Source: Eledone cirrhosa
Taxonomy: Eukaryota
Reading direction: 5' to 3'
Length of the DNA stretch: 64,000 nt
Assembly: GCA_964016885.1 (NCBI GenBank)
Contig: OZ024742.1
Location: forward strand, 67,022,001-67,086,000
Position numbers and translations under genes: made by a program. Below the pieces are notes generated by a model. The model made no database searches, was not told where the DNA came from, and saw nothing but the letters and a program-made list of their open reading frames with translations. How positions within the stretch are numbered: position 1 is the stretch's first letter; each line of letters opens with the position of its first letter. Below are positions 1 through 13,775 of this stretch, in pieces.

Positions 1-1095
1 TGTTTGAACATCATAAATCTATGTCGAATTTGAAACAATTTAAGGTATGGTGTCAACACTATGATGCAGAAACCTCCACATATGTATATCTATTTCTCCA
101 AGTTATGTTGATTATGTTTCTTGCAATAAAGCGTTGAATATTAATTTTCCTGATTTCATTTAAATACCGTTAAACTTCATAGTCGGTAACCTTGAAAATA
201 TACAATAAACATGGAGAACAATCACGTCATTATTTCCTGTTGATATTATTTCCTGGTGATACGCAGAAAAAATCAGATGAAAAAGGGGATTTTCTATATA
301 ATTAGATTAGTGTATATAGAACATACAAAAGCACAAAGAAATGTATCAAATATCCTGCTACCTGAAAGATAATTCCTAAACAAGAATGTGATATGAAACA
401 GATAATATATATATAGTTTTATTTTATTTTATTCGAACTCGAATAGGTCATATGTTATGAATTTAAGATAAATAATAGGTAAATAAAAATATAAATAACA
501 TACTTAAATGTGAACATTAACCTAATCTAAAAGCAGGAAAATAAACGTGACATAAAAGCGAAAAGTGTAAGGAGAAGAGAAAAATCAATACAGATTCCAA
601 TGATTTTTTGTTCTGAATGACTAAAATAATGGGACTATAAGTTCGGTGCATAAAATATTAATAAATGTGCGCTGATGTTCAACAAAAATGGACGTTTATT
701 GGAACGGTTGTAAATCGGAAGAGAAATCATTCAAAGTTAATAGACATTAGAGGATAGAGACTTCAATGATTCTAACATAGAGAAACGGCAACAACCGAAA
801 GCTAGGAAATACAAATCAATGAAGAAAATTTGTTAAAGAATTGTATGAAGCTTCTCGATTTACTGTATCATAATTTCAATTGAATAAACGTGGATACACA
901 TAAACACACACATACACACACTCAGAAGAGAGAGGGAGAGAGCACACACACATTCACACATACACAAACACATACACCCACATATATATACAAATATACA
1001 CAAATCTTTCAATACCCTAAAGACTCTGAATATATTTGGGCACCCCCCTCCACACACGCACACATGCATACATACATACATGCATACATACATAC

Positions 1096-1159
<64 letters not shown>

Positions 1160-1163
<4 letters not shown>

Positions 1164-2055
1164 GGAAAGGAATGAAACGAAATTTCATTTCTCACTCTTA
1201 GTACGGTTGATACTTAAATATCAGTATGTATACGTACATACATATATGTATACAGACGTACAGTAGTATGTATATATATATATATATACATACATGCACA
1301 CATATATATATATGTACGTATGGGTTTACCGAACATTTATTATAATGTTCGGTTTGTTTGTAAACAAACAGCACGAATTAAACCGTAGAGTGTTCGGCAA
1401 CCCTCGTTGCCCTTTTGTTCAACACTGAGAAAGGAACGATGATCTAGTTTCAGGCCTATTAGCTATCGTCAGCATCGTATACCTTCCTGTCAGATGATTG
1501 AACGTTTGAAAGTATATACTCTCCTTATGCATATTAACGGCTGAGCAGTCTAATTTGCACATCGAGTGAGTTAGTCGGAGAGGCGTACCGAAAACAATAA
1601 ATGGAAAAGAATGAAACGAAATTTCATTTCTCACATACTACTGTACGTCTGTATGCATATATGTATGTACGTATACATACTGATATTTAAGTATCAGCCG
1701 TACTAAGAGTGAGACATGAAATTTCGTTTCATTCTTTTCCATTTATCGTTTTCGGTACGACCGGCCGACTAACACACTCAATATGCAAATTAGGCTGCTC
1801 AGCCGTTAATATGCATAAGGAAAGTATATACTTTCAAACGTTCAATCATCTGACAGGAGGGAATACGATGCTGACGATAGATAATAAGCTTGAAACTAGT
1901 TCATCGTTCCTTTGTCAGTGTTGAACAAAAGGGCAACGATGGTTGCCGAACACTGTACGGCGTAATTCGGGCTGTTTGTTTACAAACAAATCGAACATTA
2001 TAATAAATGTTTCGTAAACCCATACGTACATATATATATATGTGTGCATGTATGC
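1160..2055. mobile_element. ORF-less, hammerhead-bearing PLE pLTR-like insertion with tripartite inverted/permuted structure, flanked by TA-rich repeats
   Basis: 1634-2055 is the reverse complement of 1290-1633 plus 1160-1270. A ~35-bp block (aatggaaa...tctca) occurs at 1161, at 1600 and inverted at ~1709-1745. Both long arms contain a hammerhead core. Confidence 0.7.
1865..1907 (+). ncRNA. Minimal type I hammerhead ribozyme, partly decayed (second copy 1436-1478, minus strand)
   Basis: acgatg CTGACGA tagataataagctt GAAA cta GTT catcgt: 6-bp stem I, palindromic stem III (actagt), weak stem II, GUU triplet. Confidence 0.6.
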
Positions 2056-2093
2056 AAATATATACATACTAGTGTACGTCTTTATACATATAT

Positions 2094-2526
2094 GTGTCAG
2101 GTCACCAGTTGGTGCTATTGGTAACATGTATCCCAGTACAACCTGTGTCATGGTCGGGTCGTTGGCGACTAAACTTGCAACCTCACCAAGGTTTCTTGGT
2201 GAGGAGGGTGGCTTTGGACATCCTGCAGGACTAAAAACAAAACCTGTCAAAAGGCAAAGGGGCTCTTAAGAGTCAATATCCATCCAAAATCACCGGGAGA
2301 AATGACCCCTTAGCTATATCTGGAGATCTCCCTGCACTTGTCGTCACATGGTACCATGGGCCCAGCACTATATGTCAATAATTGTCACAAGTGTAGTGTT
2401 TGTACCAGAGTTTTCAAGTCGCTGGCTGGACTAAAAAGTCACACTCGTTCAGCGCATTGGTAGGGGTTCTCCTACATGGATATAAAGTAGTGGCCGTACT
2501 CGAAAACGAGTTGGCAGCCACCATGT
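2094..2526 (+). mobile_element. Bipartite non-autonomous RTE-derived retroelement (internally deleted copy)
   Basis: Same two termini as the inverted copy at 11242-11854 but lacks ~180 bp. The 3' part encodes CSVCTRVFKSLAGLKSHTRSAHW*, an RTE-type C-terminal C2H2 finger, followed by a (TACA)-like tail. Confidence 0.65.
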
Positions 2527-2537
2527 ACGTATACATA

Positions 2538-2540
<3 letters not shown>

Positions 2541-2590
<50 letters not shown>

Positions 2591-2677
2591 TATATATATA
2601 TCAGATATATATATATATATATCAGATATATATATATATCAGATATATATATATATATATCAGATATATATATATAT

Positions 2678-2735
<58 letters not shown>
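2541..2735. repeat. (TA)n microsatellite with periodic CAGA/CA interruptions
   Basis: Direct reading. Confidence 0.95.
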
Positions 2736-2737
<2 letters not shown>

Positions 2738-3640
2738 TCATTAGTTAAGCAAAACAAGACCACAAATTTCGCAAGGAAGACATTATTAAAAGATTGTCAA
2801 CATATTTTAGTTTGATATAAGGAATGTAGAGAATAATAATAATAATAATATTAATAATAATAATGTCCGTTTACAATTGTTTCGCTACTCCATATAATAT
2901 TTCTGGATCAAATGACTATATATCATTATTCTACAATGGCTCTCAATTAAAAAATTAGCACTTAACTATAAACTACCCATAATTTCTAATCTCTCGAGGA
3001 GTTACTTCTCTAATTAGTAAGGTAAATATGTCTATTGGCGGCCATCGTGTTATCCATAGGCAGATCTCACACAATGCAGCCTCGACAGATGAATACTGCT
3101 TGATTATGGCTGACAATTGATACACCCAGGACACCATAGTGAAATACCAATATAAGGAACATTACATTATGTAACATTCTTTCCTTCTCTTAATTTATAT
3201 GCCCTTGAAGTTCCGAGGAGCCGTTCTGTTTTTAAATATGTTAATTATTTTCAACTGAACCAGATCAATAATGATATATAGTCATTTGATCCAGAAATAT
3301 TATAAGGAGTAGCGAAACAATTGTAAACGGACATTATTATTATTAATTTTATTTTTATTATTCTCTACATTCCTTACATCAAACTAAAATATGTTGACAA
3401 TCTTTTAATAATGTCTTCCTTGTGAAATTTGTGGTCTTGTTTTGCTTAACTAATGAATATTTCCAGCTCTGCGCGCCTAACTTCTGCATGAACCCAGCCA
3501 CCTAGCTGCTTTCTACTGCATATTGTACATTGAGCACATGTCTTTACGCTTTGGTTTCTAACTAATTCACCAATCTTTCCTCTCCTATCTCCTCTCCTAT
3601 ATCCATCTCTCTCTTTAAGATTGGTTACTCTTTAACTGTG
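2733..3640 (+). mobile_element. PLE pLTR-like fragment with inverted short arm, between (TA)n arrays
   Basis: 2733-2930 is the reverse complement of 3268-3460. The 3' half of a hammerhead (gc GAAA caatt GTA aacgg) lies at ~3312-3331; the CUGANGA core is lost. Confidence 0.6.
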
Positions 3641-3663
3641 TATATATATTATATATATATATG

Positions 3664-3739
<76 letters not shown>

Positions 3740-3939
3740 TATGTAATATATATATATATATTATATATATATATGTATATATATATATAGTGTAGTGGAA
3801 ATCAGGAGGTCGGAGGTCATATCCAACGTTGATAGAGGACTCAGTGCAAATAACGCGGTCGATATATAGTTGATTTCAGAAAAATTATTAAATACGCATA
3901 AACATTTCTTGCATATTCTTTTTAAAACTTTTGTATAAT

Positions 3940-4860
3940 ATGTACTGAGCTTTAATCGTGATTATTTTGATATCCACCAACATTTGATAGAAGTAAAGGA
4001 TGAATTAACGAAAACACTCCCATAATTGTTTAGCTTAATACGGTACACACTAATACCGCTTAATATTTTCTAATAGAGTTTATTCAGTATTGGCTTAAAA
4101 ACACCAATTAATTTCATCTGGCCTCCATGTCTAATCTCAAGTTTCAAGAACAACCAGCGATGATAAATACACACCAACAGACGCCGGTGTAGTTATGTGC
4201 TATCACGAAAACAAAATTTCTGATAAGTAATTAGAAATGGAGACTCTAACATTTATTCATGCCTATATTGGAAGCGGAGATTCCATGAAATTAACTTCAT
4301 TGCAACAAACGGTAGATAAACTACAGGAACTAGAAAATACTATGAACTCTATAAAGACACATCCAATTCTGGAGGGAATTTAGCAAAACTAACTACACTT
4401 ATTAAATGTTTTGAGAAATATTACAAATGCATAGACAAATCGAAACAAATGTTGATTTTAAATTTCCAGACACAAAACCATACAATTTCGTCATAATTTA
4501 TCATCTTCAAAATATATGTTCATATATTACTTTAACTTAGGCTTAACAAATACGCACAATTGTCTCCCATCCCATTATAACAGAACAAAAACTAGCAGAT
4601 GTAGAATATAACTTAACCATCCGAATATTCCCCAACAGTTTCGGGATAGATAGAATACAACGAACGAATAAAATATGGGCAAAATACGATCGAAAAAGTG
4701 AAAATCATTACTCACAAATGCAAGCATTCAGAAAGTGATTCTTATCTATGAGTAATAACATGCGCAAGAGCTAATTGCTAAATTATGAATATATACTGCA
4801 AGGCTTAGAATTCAGATTATAAGATGAACACATTTTTTTATTCGAAAAGGCGTTTCACAT
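3940..4860 (+). pseudogene. Highly decayed PLE RT-thumb/linker remnant
   Basis: Broken frames resemble PLE KPTD..Y / NL...I.TIVS (pdtkpy...irtivshp) and a CxRxxC linker (CARANC). Flanked by (TA)n. Confidence 0.4.
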
Positions 4861-5130
4861 GTTTATCTCGTAATGTTGTCAATGTTTTCATGTATTGCAT
4901 CTGTTTCATGTATTGCATCCGACGAGGGACGTATATAGGAAAATGCTAGAGAACTTAAACACACCAACAGACACATACACAAACACACATATATATATTT
5001 ACATAAATACTCACTTATATATATATATATATATCGATGTGTATATATATATAAATATATTTCCATTAAAAAGAGTTGCGACCCGACGATTGAGGTCTTG
5101 CTGTTTCAACATCTAGTTCCGGGAAATATT

Positions 5131-5162
<32 letters not shown>

Positions 5163-5216
5163 CGTGTGTGTGTGTGTGTGTATGTGTGTGTGTGTGTGTC
5201 TGTATGTCTGTATGTT

Positions 5217-5249
<33 letters not shown>

Positions 5250-5597
5250 GTGATTGAGTGTGTGTGAGTGTGTGTATGAACATATGTACTTATACATATG
5301 AATAAATTCATCGCACCTCTGTCATTCATAATATCAAATATAAAAATGGTACAATTGATATGAAATCAGTTTTTTTCTAAATAAAAGTGCTTCATAAACT
5401 TTGCATGGAAAATAAGACATTGTAAAGCACATCAGGTTTGAAAGCCCTTCATCAAGTACCTGCCAGGTCACACCTGGTCTTCTACCAATGCCATATTGAA
5501 TGCGCCCATGTGATGTGCGCGCGCGAGAGAGAGAGAGAGTGGGGGAGGTGGAAAGATAGAAAGGTTAATGGTTTGATTCACATGAACAGTTCAACGG

Positions 5598-5623
5598 TGA
5601 GTCATTCAGTTGTTCTATATAAA
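5598..5623 (+). promoter_or_regulatory. Candidate Pol II promoter: AP-1 site and TATA box
   Basis: TGAGTCA at 5598-5604 and TATATAAA at 5616-5623 in non-repetitive sequence downstream of a (GA)n tract. Confidence 0.3.
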
Positions 5624-6122
5624 CAGTCAGGAAAAAGCTCCAAACAGACTCTTAGAGATCAAGCGGTCAGCTAGACGAACATAAGAAGTGTGTTAGTTGT
5701 TAAATTGTCCACGAAACCATTGATTTCATCAAAAAGTAAACTATGAAGTAACTGAAAATAACATCATTCTGTTTTTTTTTCCATCGTACTGTACAAAGAA
5801 TCATTAAAACAAATACAAAATATTGTAATCTAGGAAACAAGATATTCCATTATTTCTGAAATGATTTGAGATAAAAAGTAGTAGAAAGCAAAAGAAATCA
5901 CAAGGCTGTGTTGTGTAAAAATAGACGGAAACTTTTTAATGGTAAAGTATATTCGTTTAAATATAGAAACACACTTTAAACAGTCAACACCATACCATAA
6001 TCTAATGGAAATCACGAATAGACGCACACTGATATTATACATATAAACACAGATGACAGCGCATATACATATATAGACACTGAAATATTCGTGTACTGAG
6101 TCACACACATCTAAATACAAAA

Positions 6123-6154
<32 letters not shown>

Positions 6155-6228
6155 GTATATATGTGTGTGTGAGAAAGAGAGAGAGAGAGGATGTGTATGT
6201 GTGTGTAATAGAGAGAGAGAGGGTGTGT

Positions 6229-6264
<36 letters not shown>

Positions 6265-6466
6265 GTGTGTGTGTCTACATATATATATATATGCGTATGA
6301 ATAACCTGACTACATTTTCCGGTGTAGGAAAGCTAATTGCTGAATATGCACTTACAAAGTGTCTTCTAATTTGAACTGCACATACCACATATATCATAGT
6401 AAACAGTATATATGAATACCACAGATAAATCTATAACCAACATTTTCTGGTATGTACATGTATATG

Positions 6467-6880
6467 GTCATGTTCGTCGATGCCCCTCTAGAGGCCAACT
6501 AACGTAACGTTTTAGAAAAGCTTTAGAAAAAAATGAACCTTTGGATTAATGTTGTAGAAAAACCAAGACATTCTATAAAATTCCGGATCTCAAGACATAC
6601 ATATTTATAAAAAACTCCTATACTGATAGAAACTTTAAAGTCTGTAAGATACGCCAACAGATAGATGTTAAACTAGAAATATAGCCTATAGCGTAAGATG
6701 TACAGTGGAACGGTGCAGAAACAAGACAACTACATACAGCGGAGAGGCAGCCTGTGTTATAGGAGAGTAATTAAAAGATCACTAGCAAGAATTAAGGAGG
6801 AGAGAAGGTCATCAGTGCTATGCCAACCTGCCAAACTAGAACAGCTCAATACATAACATAGAAATAAAGATCCTATCCAC
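6467..6880 (+). pseudogene. Decayed PLE linker and GIY-YIG endonuclease fragment, related to the element at 61019-63292
   Basis: VMFVDA..RG / VVEKP / TRNIAYSVRCTVERCRNKTTTYSGEAACVIGE aligns with VMFIDTTPRG / IVERP / TRNVVYSIRCTEGQCR..VYIGETARSIGE at 62374-62680. Confidence 0.7.
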
Positions 6881-6937
6881 ACATAGAATTGACGAAAAAT
6901 AATGTGGTCCGCACATCCATGCCACGTTAACCCCATC

Positions 6938-7001
<64 letters not shown>

Positions 7002-7008
<7 letters not shown>

Positions 7009-7266
7009 AGGTGTAATGAAATCTTTTACAGTGGAATTAGCTCGAAGAAAGAAATATTTCTGAGCCGTGTATAAACTAATATATATGATGAAACACAAAT
7101 ACCAACACATCTGTATTTATATTGCAAAAGAAAATTTAGCCAGAATGAAGTATACTAATTATAGTATACTATTATAATTAGTATACTTCATTCTGGCTAA
7201 ATTTTCTTTTGCAATATAAATACAGATGTGTTGGTATTTGTGTTTCATCATATATATTAGTTTATA
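7002..7266. repeat. Perfect 94-bp-arm palindrome inside a TA-flanked insert
   Basis: 7070-7163 and 7173-7266 are exact reverse complements with a 9-bp spacer. The left arm has a ~68-bp unpaired extension. Confidence 0.9.
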
Positions 7267-9084
7267 TATATATATATATATATATATTAGAAGATGTATA
7301 ATGAAATAAATATGGTTTTATAAATATAGTTTCCATTTGTTAATATATTGTATATTTACTCCAATAATTTGTTGAGTGCTTTATATCAGTTATAAAAATA
7401 TTTTGCTTGTTGTATCCCAACAAATTAAATATAACCTCTAAATATACATATATATATATATATATAATTGTCTGTGTGTGTGTGTGTGTCTGTGTATTCT
7501 ACACAGAGATCCATGTCGGAGCGAACCAATCAAGGGTTTCATTTAGGTTTCTGTCGAACTGTACAATTTACTCTGTGCACATGCTGGATATACAGGAAAA
7601 TCCTTGAGCACTTCTGAGTCATTTACGTATCCGCGTGGAAGATATATTTTTGGTTTATATTCTGTGAGTATCGGAGCGTGAATCTAATAAAACGCTGTGT
7701 GTGTATGCATCTCCGTTAGGGCACAATTAGGCCCCAAAACAATAAAAGGTGTTTATCAATTTTTCAAATTACAGGGAAATTTGTGTATCTTAGACAATCT
7801 CTGAGGATTCGTTTCATCTGCTAGAATATGTAACAAAATCTCCACTAGTTTATCCCACACTGTCTTAGAAATGATGGTAACGTTACTTCGGATAACGTAG
7901 TTATAGTTAAAACGATTGGAAATAAAAATAAGTTACCTCTGGTTGAAATTAGTTTGGTCATACATGTTTTAATCAGTGGTCCCTTGGAAATATGTTACAT
8001 ATTTTTTCCTGTGCTTTCAATATGGAATACACATATACAGGATTGTAAACTAATTTCCATATCATCTAGAGCTTTTCAGGTTGCAGATTTTCTTTACGAG
8101 GTCTATTTCGGTGCAGCTCCTGGAAGGAAACATAGAATTTGCTACATTATGGCGTCATGTTATTCAGAAACCAAACGCATTATCATCTTAAACTGAACTT
8201 AAAATATTTTTCCCATCAGCAGAAATTTCTCTATCGTTTATGGAAAATTCCAACCTTATTATAGTCCATCATGCTACCTCTAGATCATGTAGCACGTTTG
8301 AGAATAATATATTTGTAGTTTATGATCATGGAAACATAAATACTCAGAAAAATGGCTAATCACTGAATCATTGATTATTCACAGACTATAACTCATATAA
8401 TCATTTATATTTCCCACATCAAGCAGGGAAACATTTAATATGACATTAAATAGTGAGGAAAATAGAAGGCACAAATGCCATCTGTTTAGCAAATACTCCC
8501 AAAGGTTTACGATTTCTTAATATCTGTTAAGGTATAATCGTATTAAATAATGTTAATTAAGGTATAATCGTATGTAAATATAGTTTAACAAACTATATGT
8601 AAATCTCTAAAAATAAACAAACTGGAACTCAGTGAATGCTGCAAGTTATTGATATGTAAATATTTAATTTAAAAGCGCTTAATATTGTAAACATTAGATC
8701 TTAGATTATGAGTACAGTATTGCTTTATATATAGTCGGAATAGTACTATAGATGTCACTTTATGTTGACTCCATTTGCTCATCACATTTCTTCAAACTAT
8801 CTGAACAATGTCTCTAATGTTCAAGGTTTCTGCATACATTTAAGGAATAATACCTAGCAGACAGGCTCAGGTCATATTGAACAGGCAACATTTTAAGTAC
8901 ATTTCTGTATACAATTTAGTTAAACCGGTTAATATCACAGCTCCCCTTTTACTGTCATTGTATACTGCCATGCCTCTGATTTATGATTTTCAACGAGGTT
9001 TTATTTGTTTCTATCCTACGTGTGCAGCAAAATAAATATCCTTCGTCTAACGATATTCATCTCTATATTAAAAAAAAATTAAAC

Positions 9085-9135
9085 TTGTATTCAAGAACAG
9101 CTTTATGCAGATGAGGTTGCTTTTGTTGCTCGCAG
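9085..9135 (+). pseudogene. Tiny LINE (RTE-like) RT catalytic-motif remnant
   Basis: IQEQLYADEVAFVA resembles IRELLYADDAALVA. Confidence 0.3.
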
Positions 9136-9812
9136 GGACAGATAAGCTATTTAAAACTCAAGAAATATACAAGTATAATGTCCACTACTGCACCATTTGA
9201 GGCATATATTATGTCAAACATCTTCGTGTAATGCAACATATTAGGCGTTGAAGATATGTTATGGTATGTAGGGATTAGCATGTCAAGAGATGTATTTCTA
9301 GTGGTTGAAAACTTTTCACGAATTCCAAACCCCGTTATGGCCCGTTGAAAGTCAGAATAATTGATTGCGCCTAGAACATGTCATCATCGCTTGAAATATA
9401 ATCAATAACTGTGATATATGTGTTCTGACATCCCATATGAACGCCAGAGTAATGAGCATGCCTGAAACTATATATAAATCTCATCACAATGTTTATGATG
9501 AATAATCTACATCAAGTAATAGACATTAAGAAGCCGAGAGAACAGATCCCCATTCGTCAAATTTGAACGTAATTGCATATTCATTGGATAAACATCTACG
9601 ACACCAAATCGAATTATACGGTTGACTAGGAATTGTAAAAATGATACAACTAAAAAGGATTTGATATAAATTAGAGTCATTTGGAAAAGCAGCCGTAAAT
9701 GAGAGTGAGCAGCAGAATTCATTAGAAATAAAAAATGTAGTTCATAGTGAGATATGATTTATTACAGCTGTGAGGCTAAATCATGTGCCATAGTTGTTGG
9801 GTTAACGACACG

Positions 9813-10010
9813 TTGATACTTTGCTGAAAACATCCTAAGGAATACGAATCACGGAGTGCTTTATGTCTGTAACAAAAACGTCGGTGGATTATGACAAACC
9901 AACTGTCATCAATTGAATAATATATATACATAAATATATATATATTTGTAAAGAGACGTAAATCACTCCATGATTTGTATTCCTTAGGATATTTTCAGTA
10001 AGGTATCAAC
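9813..10010. repeat. Diverged ~65-bp inverted repeat
   Basis: 9813-9877 versus 9945-10010, roughly 85% identical by eye. Confidence 0.75.
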
Positions 10011-10040
10011 TCTTATTCATATTATATGTATATATATATA

Positions 10041-10290
10041 ATGTTTAAAATAGAAATGGCTTCTACAGGGCTACATCTGTTTCATTCAAAATAAATCATC
10101 AGGAAAGACAACATATCACATGTTGAGGATATGTTGTGATACGTAAGGAATAGTATGTCAAGAAATAGATAGCTGCTGATTTCTTCTGAATGAAACAATT
10201 CTAGTTCTGTAGAAACCATTTCTATATCAAAATCCTTCTTATACTCTACTAATGTATGAAGTTCCTTACTAAGTGCGATTGAATTCGGAA
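10041..10290. mobile_element. Older inverted pLTR insertion of the same family as 18722-18917, with two hammerhead copies
   Basis: Minus 10061-10105 reads ttc CTGATGA tttattttgaat GAAA cag..ctG TA gaa. A decayed plus copy lies at 10173-10215, followed by a tail (ttatactct...ttccttact) homologous to the reverse complement of 18722-18790. Confidence 0.7.
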
Positions 10291-10308
10291 CTTTTACACA
10301 CACACACA

Positions 10309-10396
<88 letters not shown>

Positions 10397-11241
10397 CATG
10401 CAGTTTTAGTTCAATAACACCGGTGGAACTTTCGTTTCAAGAAGTACTAACAGACGCAATGCTTTTTTTGTTTTGTTTTTTTCCGATCATGAAATGTAGC
10501 ATCTGGTGTCTTAGTCCTATGAATACGTAAAAGTGTCAGCAAGCTGAAACATTCGAGATGATAATGACCACACTGTTGCTCCGTATTTGGAGGGATGGAA
10601 AACATACTTCCGGCCAGGAGTCGAACAAGATGATATAAATACGTAATTTTCCCATTGTTCAGCCAACGAACGAGAACTTGTTTTATCTGAAATTGAGTAG
10701 AATCTTGCTCACGTCTTAATTAATCTAGTTAATTTCAAAGGAGAATTTCTTAGCACAAACAGGAAATGCAATGTTTATGACATAGCTGCAGTTTGTTGAA
10801 ATATCAACCTGTGACTATGGTAATCAACACTTGATTATATACCGTGGTCGTGGAGGCATGTGATAAGTATGGCAGAGCTGCGACCAGTTATGATTGTTTC
10901 CCCCACCAGTCCGAAATGGTAGGGCCACCGATGCAGCTGCTCACTATGAAGTACTGCCGAAGAAGTGGTTGGATATAGACCAGAGTTTGCTTTAACCGTA
11001 TCATATTTACTCTTCGCCCCTCTCTCTCTCTCTCGCTCTCGCTCTCTCTCTCTCAATCTCTCTCTTTCTCTCTGTCTCTCTCACTCACTCACTCAAATAT
11101 ACGCTCGTCCGTTTGTCTAATAAAGCAGAATATTTTCACCGATTGTTATACGAGATGGTGATTTTGAATCTTTCACTACGCATACATACATGTAAATCTA
11201 TGCGGTATACAATCATATTTATATACATGCATACATATATG

Positions 11242-11854
11242 CATGGTGGCTGCCAACACGTTTTCGAGTACGGCCACTACTTTATATGTAGGAGAACCCC
11301 TACCGATGCGCTGAACGAGTGTGAATTTTTAGTCCAGCCAGCGACTTGAAAACTCTGGTAGGTACAAACGCTACACTTGTGACAATTATTGACACATAGT
11401 GCTGGGCCCATGGTACCATGTGATGATAAGTGCAGAGAGATCTCCAGATATAAAGCAATGCCTGTGCCGTGAAGCTTTTATAGTGAGCAAAGGCACTGCA
11501 CAAAGCCAGTCCCACTCTCTTAACCAAGATGATATTTACCAAAAAGAAAAACAAGTCAACATCATTGGATACCATCAGGGTTGCAGGTGTTATATCAGAG
11601 TTTTCCTTCTCCTAGAATTCTGCCTTGACAAAGGCTAAGGGGTCATCTCTCCCGGTGATGTTGGATGGCCATTGACTCTTAAGAGCTCCTTTGCCCTTTG
11701 ACAGGTTTTGTTTTTAGTCCTGCAGGATGTCCAAAGTCACCCTCCTCACCAAGAAACCTTGGTGGGGTTGCCAGTTTAGTCGCCAACGACTCGACCATGA
11801 GACAGGTTGTACTGGGATACATGTTACCAGTAGCACCAACTGGTGACCTGACAT
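11242..11854 (-). mobile_element. Bipartite non-autonomous RTE-derived retroelement (longer copy)
   Basis: Reverse complement of 2094-2526 plus an extra internal segment at ~11452-11633. Carries the RVFKSLAGLKIHTRSAH finger remnant. Confidence 0.7.
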
Positions 11855-11945
11855 AACATATATACATACATATATCCATACATATATACATACATATATC
11901 CATACATACATACGTACATACATACCTACTTGCATACATGTATAC

Positions 11946-11979
<34 letters not shown>

Positions 11980-12743
11980 ACATACATACATATATACACA
12001 CGCACACATATACATGTATATATATATGTCTAAATAAACAGAGCTCCCTTGTATGTGTTCGTTTTCGTATTGCCCATTTTGTTTAGAATAATGTTTCAAT
12101 CTATCTGTTGATAAATAGACAGGCAGATAGGTACATATACATTTTCTAGCATATACATTTTTAAGCATGTGCATACACACTCTGTAACGTACATAAATGT
12201 GTGTATATCACCAGTAAAGAATAATAAAGTAAGTATCTATTAATGGAAATATATAGGTGGAAATGATTATGCGTCAGTGTATGTGTAAAAGAATTGAAGT
12301 TTATGTGAAGCGTCATGTGAAAATATGTATTTGCATCCTTTTGAATATAAATAACCGTGTGCTTGAAAGTGTAAAACCAATTATCTTAAAAATTGCTTTA
12401 CAAGATTTCACGCCCGTACGATCATCAGACGACTGTTTGGCTTGATTGAAATACCAACATATTCGAAACTTCACGCCCTTTTTTAAATTTGGAAAGTGTT
12501 GTTACGAACCTCAAAATATCCTCACAAACACTATGTTACGTTCTAATGTGACGAATCCGTTTTGATTGATGTTAAAATATTATTACAGCCAAAATATCAA
12601 CTATATCTAGTAAGCCCTGCGACTATGAAGAAGCATTATTTCTGCATTGAATTACAACTGCAGATGTATACTTAGTTTTTTGGGACACAACTGTGACATG
12701 TGTAGAGTACATGAACAAATGTTTTGATCAGATTTATATAACT

Positions 12744-12905
12744 AGTATCGGAGGCCATGCTTTGCAGCAAAGAGCCCTTTCCGGTTTGAGTTCAAATCCC
12801 GCCGAAGTTAACTTTGCCTTTCATCCTTAAGGGGTCGATAAAATAAAGTACCAGTAATGCACTGGGATAATTGCTGACCTTGTGCCAAAAGTAGAAATAA
12901 TTATT
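12744..12905 (+). mobile_element. tRNA-derived SINE (octopus-type), head partly deleted
   Basis: B-box-like gagttcaaatccc, central gcctttcatccttaaggggtcgataaaataaagtaccag and 3' ccttgtgccaaaagtagaaa, all shared with other copies. Confidence 0.85.
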
Positions 12906-13188
12906 AGTTATGAACCAAGCATCGAAAATGTATTTATAGTTTTGATGTTTATGTCCGCCTCTAGTTGCGGAAATTAGTTCTGGAAAATACATCACATTAT
13001 ATTTAAAAGTACAGAAGCTCAATTATTTGTGAAATAGCCATTGGAAAATATACATCAGTTATCATTTACATATGGAAGGATAAATAATAGGAAAAAGACA
13101 CAACTGTAAATAAATCAACACATATACATATGAGTAACATAACCAGCCACACATGCAGACTCAAAAATGTACACTTGCACACAACTAC

Positions 13189-13229
<41 letters not shown>

Positions 13230-13671
13230 TACATACACACACACGCGCGCGCGCGCACACACATGTATATATATATATATTTATATTCCTACAAACATAC
13301 TGCATGAGATAGTGCGATAGTGTGAAGTATCTTAACCGCCACTATATTATTTTCCTCATCCAATTGCTGTTTGAATAGTTAAAAATAATTAAGGAACATT
13401 GCCATAACAATTAGTTAAATTAGCTTAAATATAAGAAACATAACCAGTTAAAATGAATATAAAAAAAAAAGAAATGAAAATCAATAAATTTCAATCTCAA
13501 TGAATTAAATAATTATTAATTCTTAAAGATTTATCCTGTGAATGTATTCACGAAAGTATTGCTTCATTGTTATTTGCTTTATTACTGCTATTGTTAATAA
13601 TACTGTGGGTTGTGTCTTTGACATTATTTCTACCGTTACCGTTATCATTACGGTAATTTTAAAAAATAATA

Positions 13672-13740
13672 GGTAGTAGTAGTAGTAGTAGTAGTAGTAG
13701 CAGCAGCAGTAGTAGTAGTAGTAGTAGTAGTAGCAGCAGC

Positions 13741-13775
<35 letters not shown>
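13672..13775. repeat. (TAG)n/(CAG)n trinucleotide microsatellite
   Basis: Direct reading. Confidence 0.95.

Noticed and set aside
9813-10010. A-to-I editing signature between inverted arms
   Set aside because: The differences are mixed transitions and transversions with no one-directional A>G bias.
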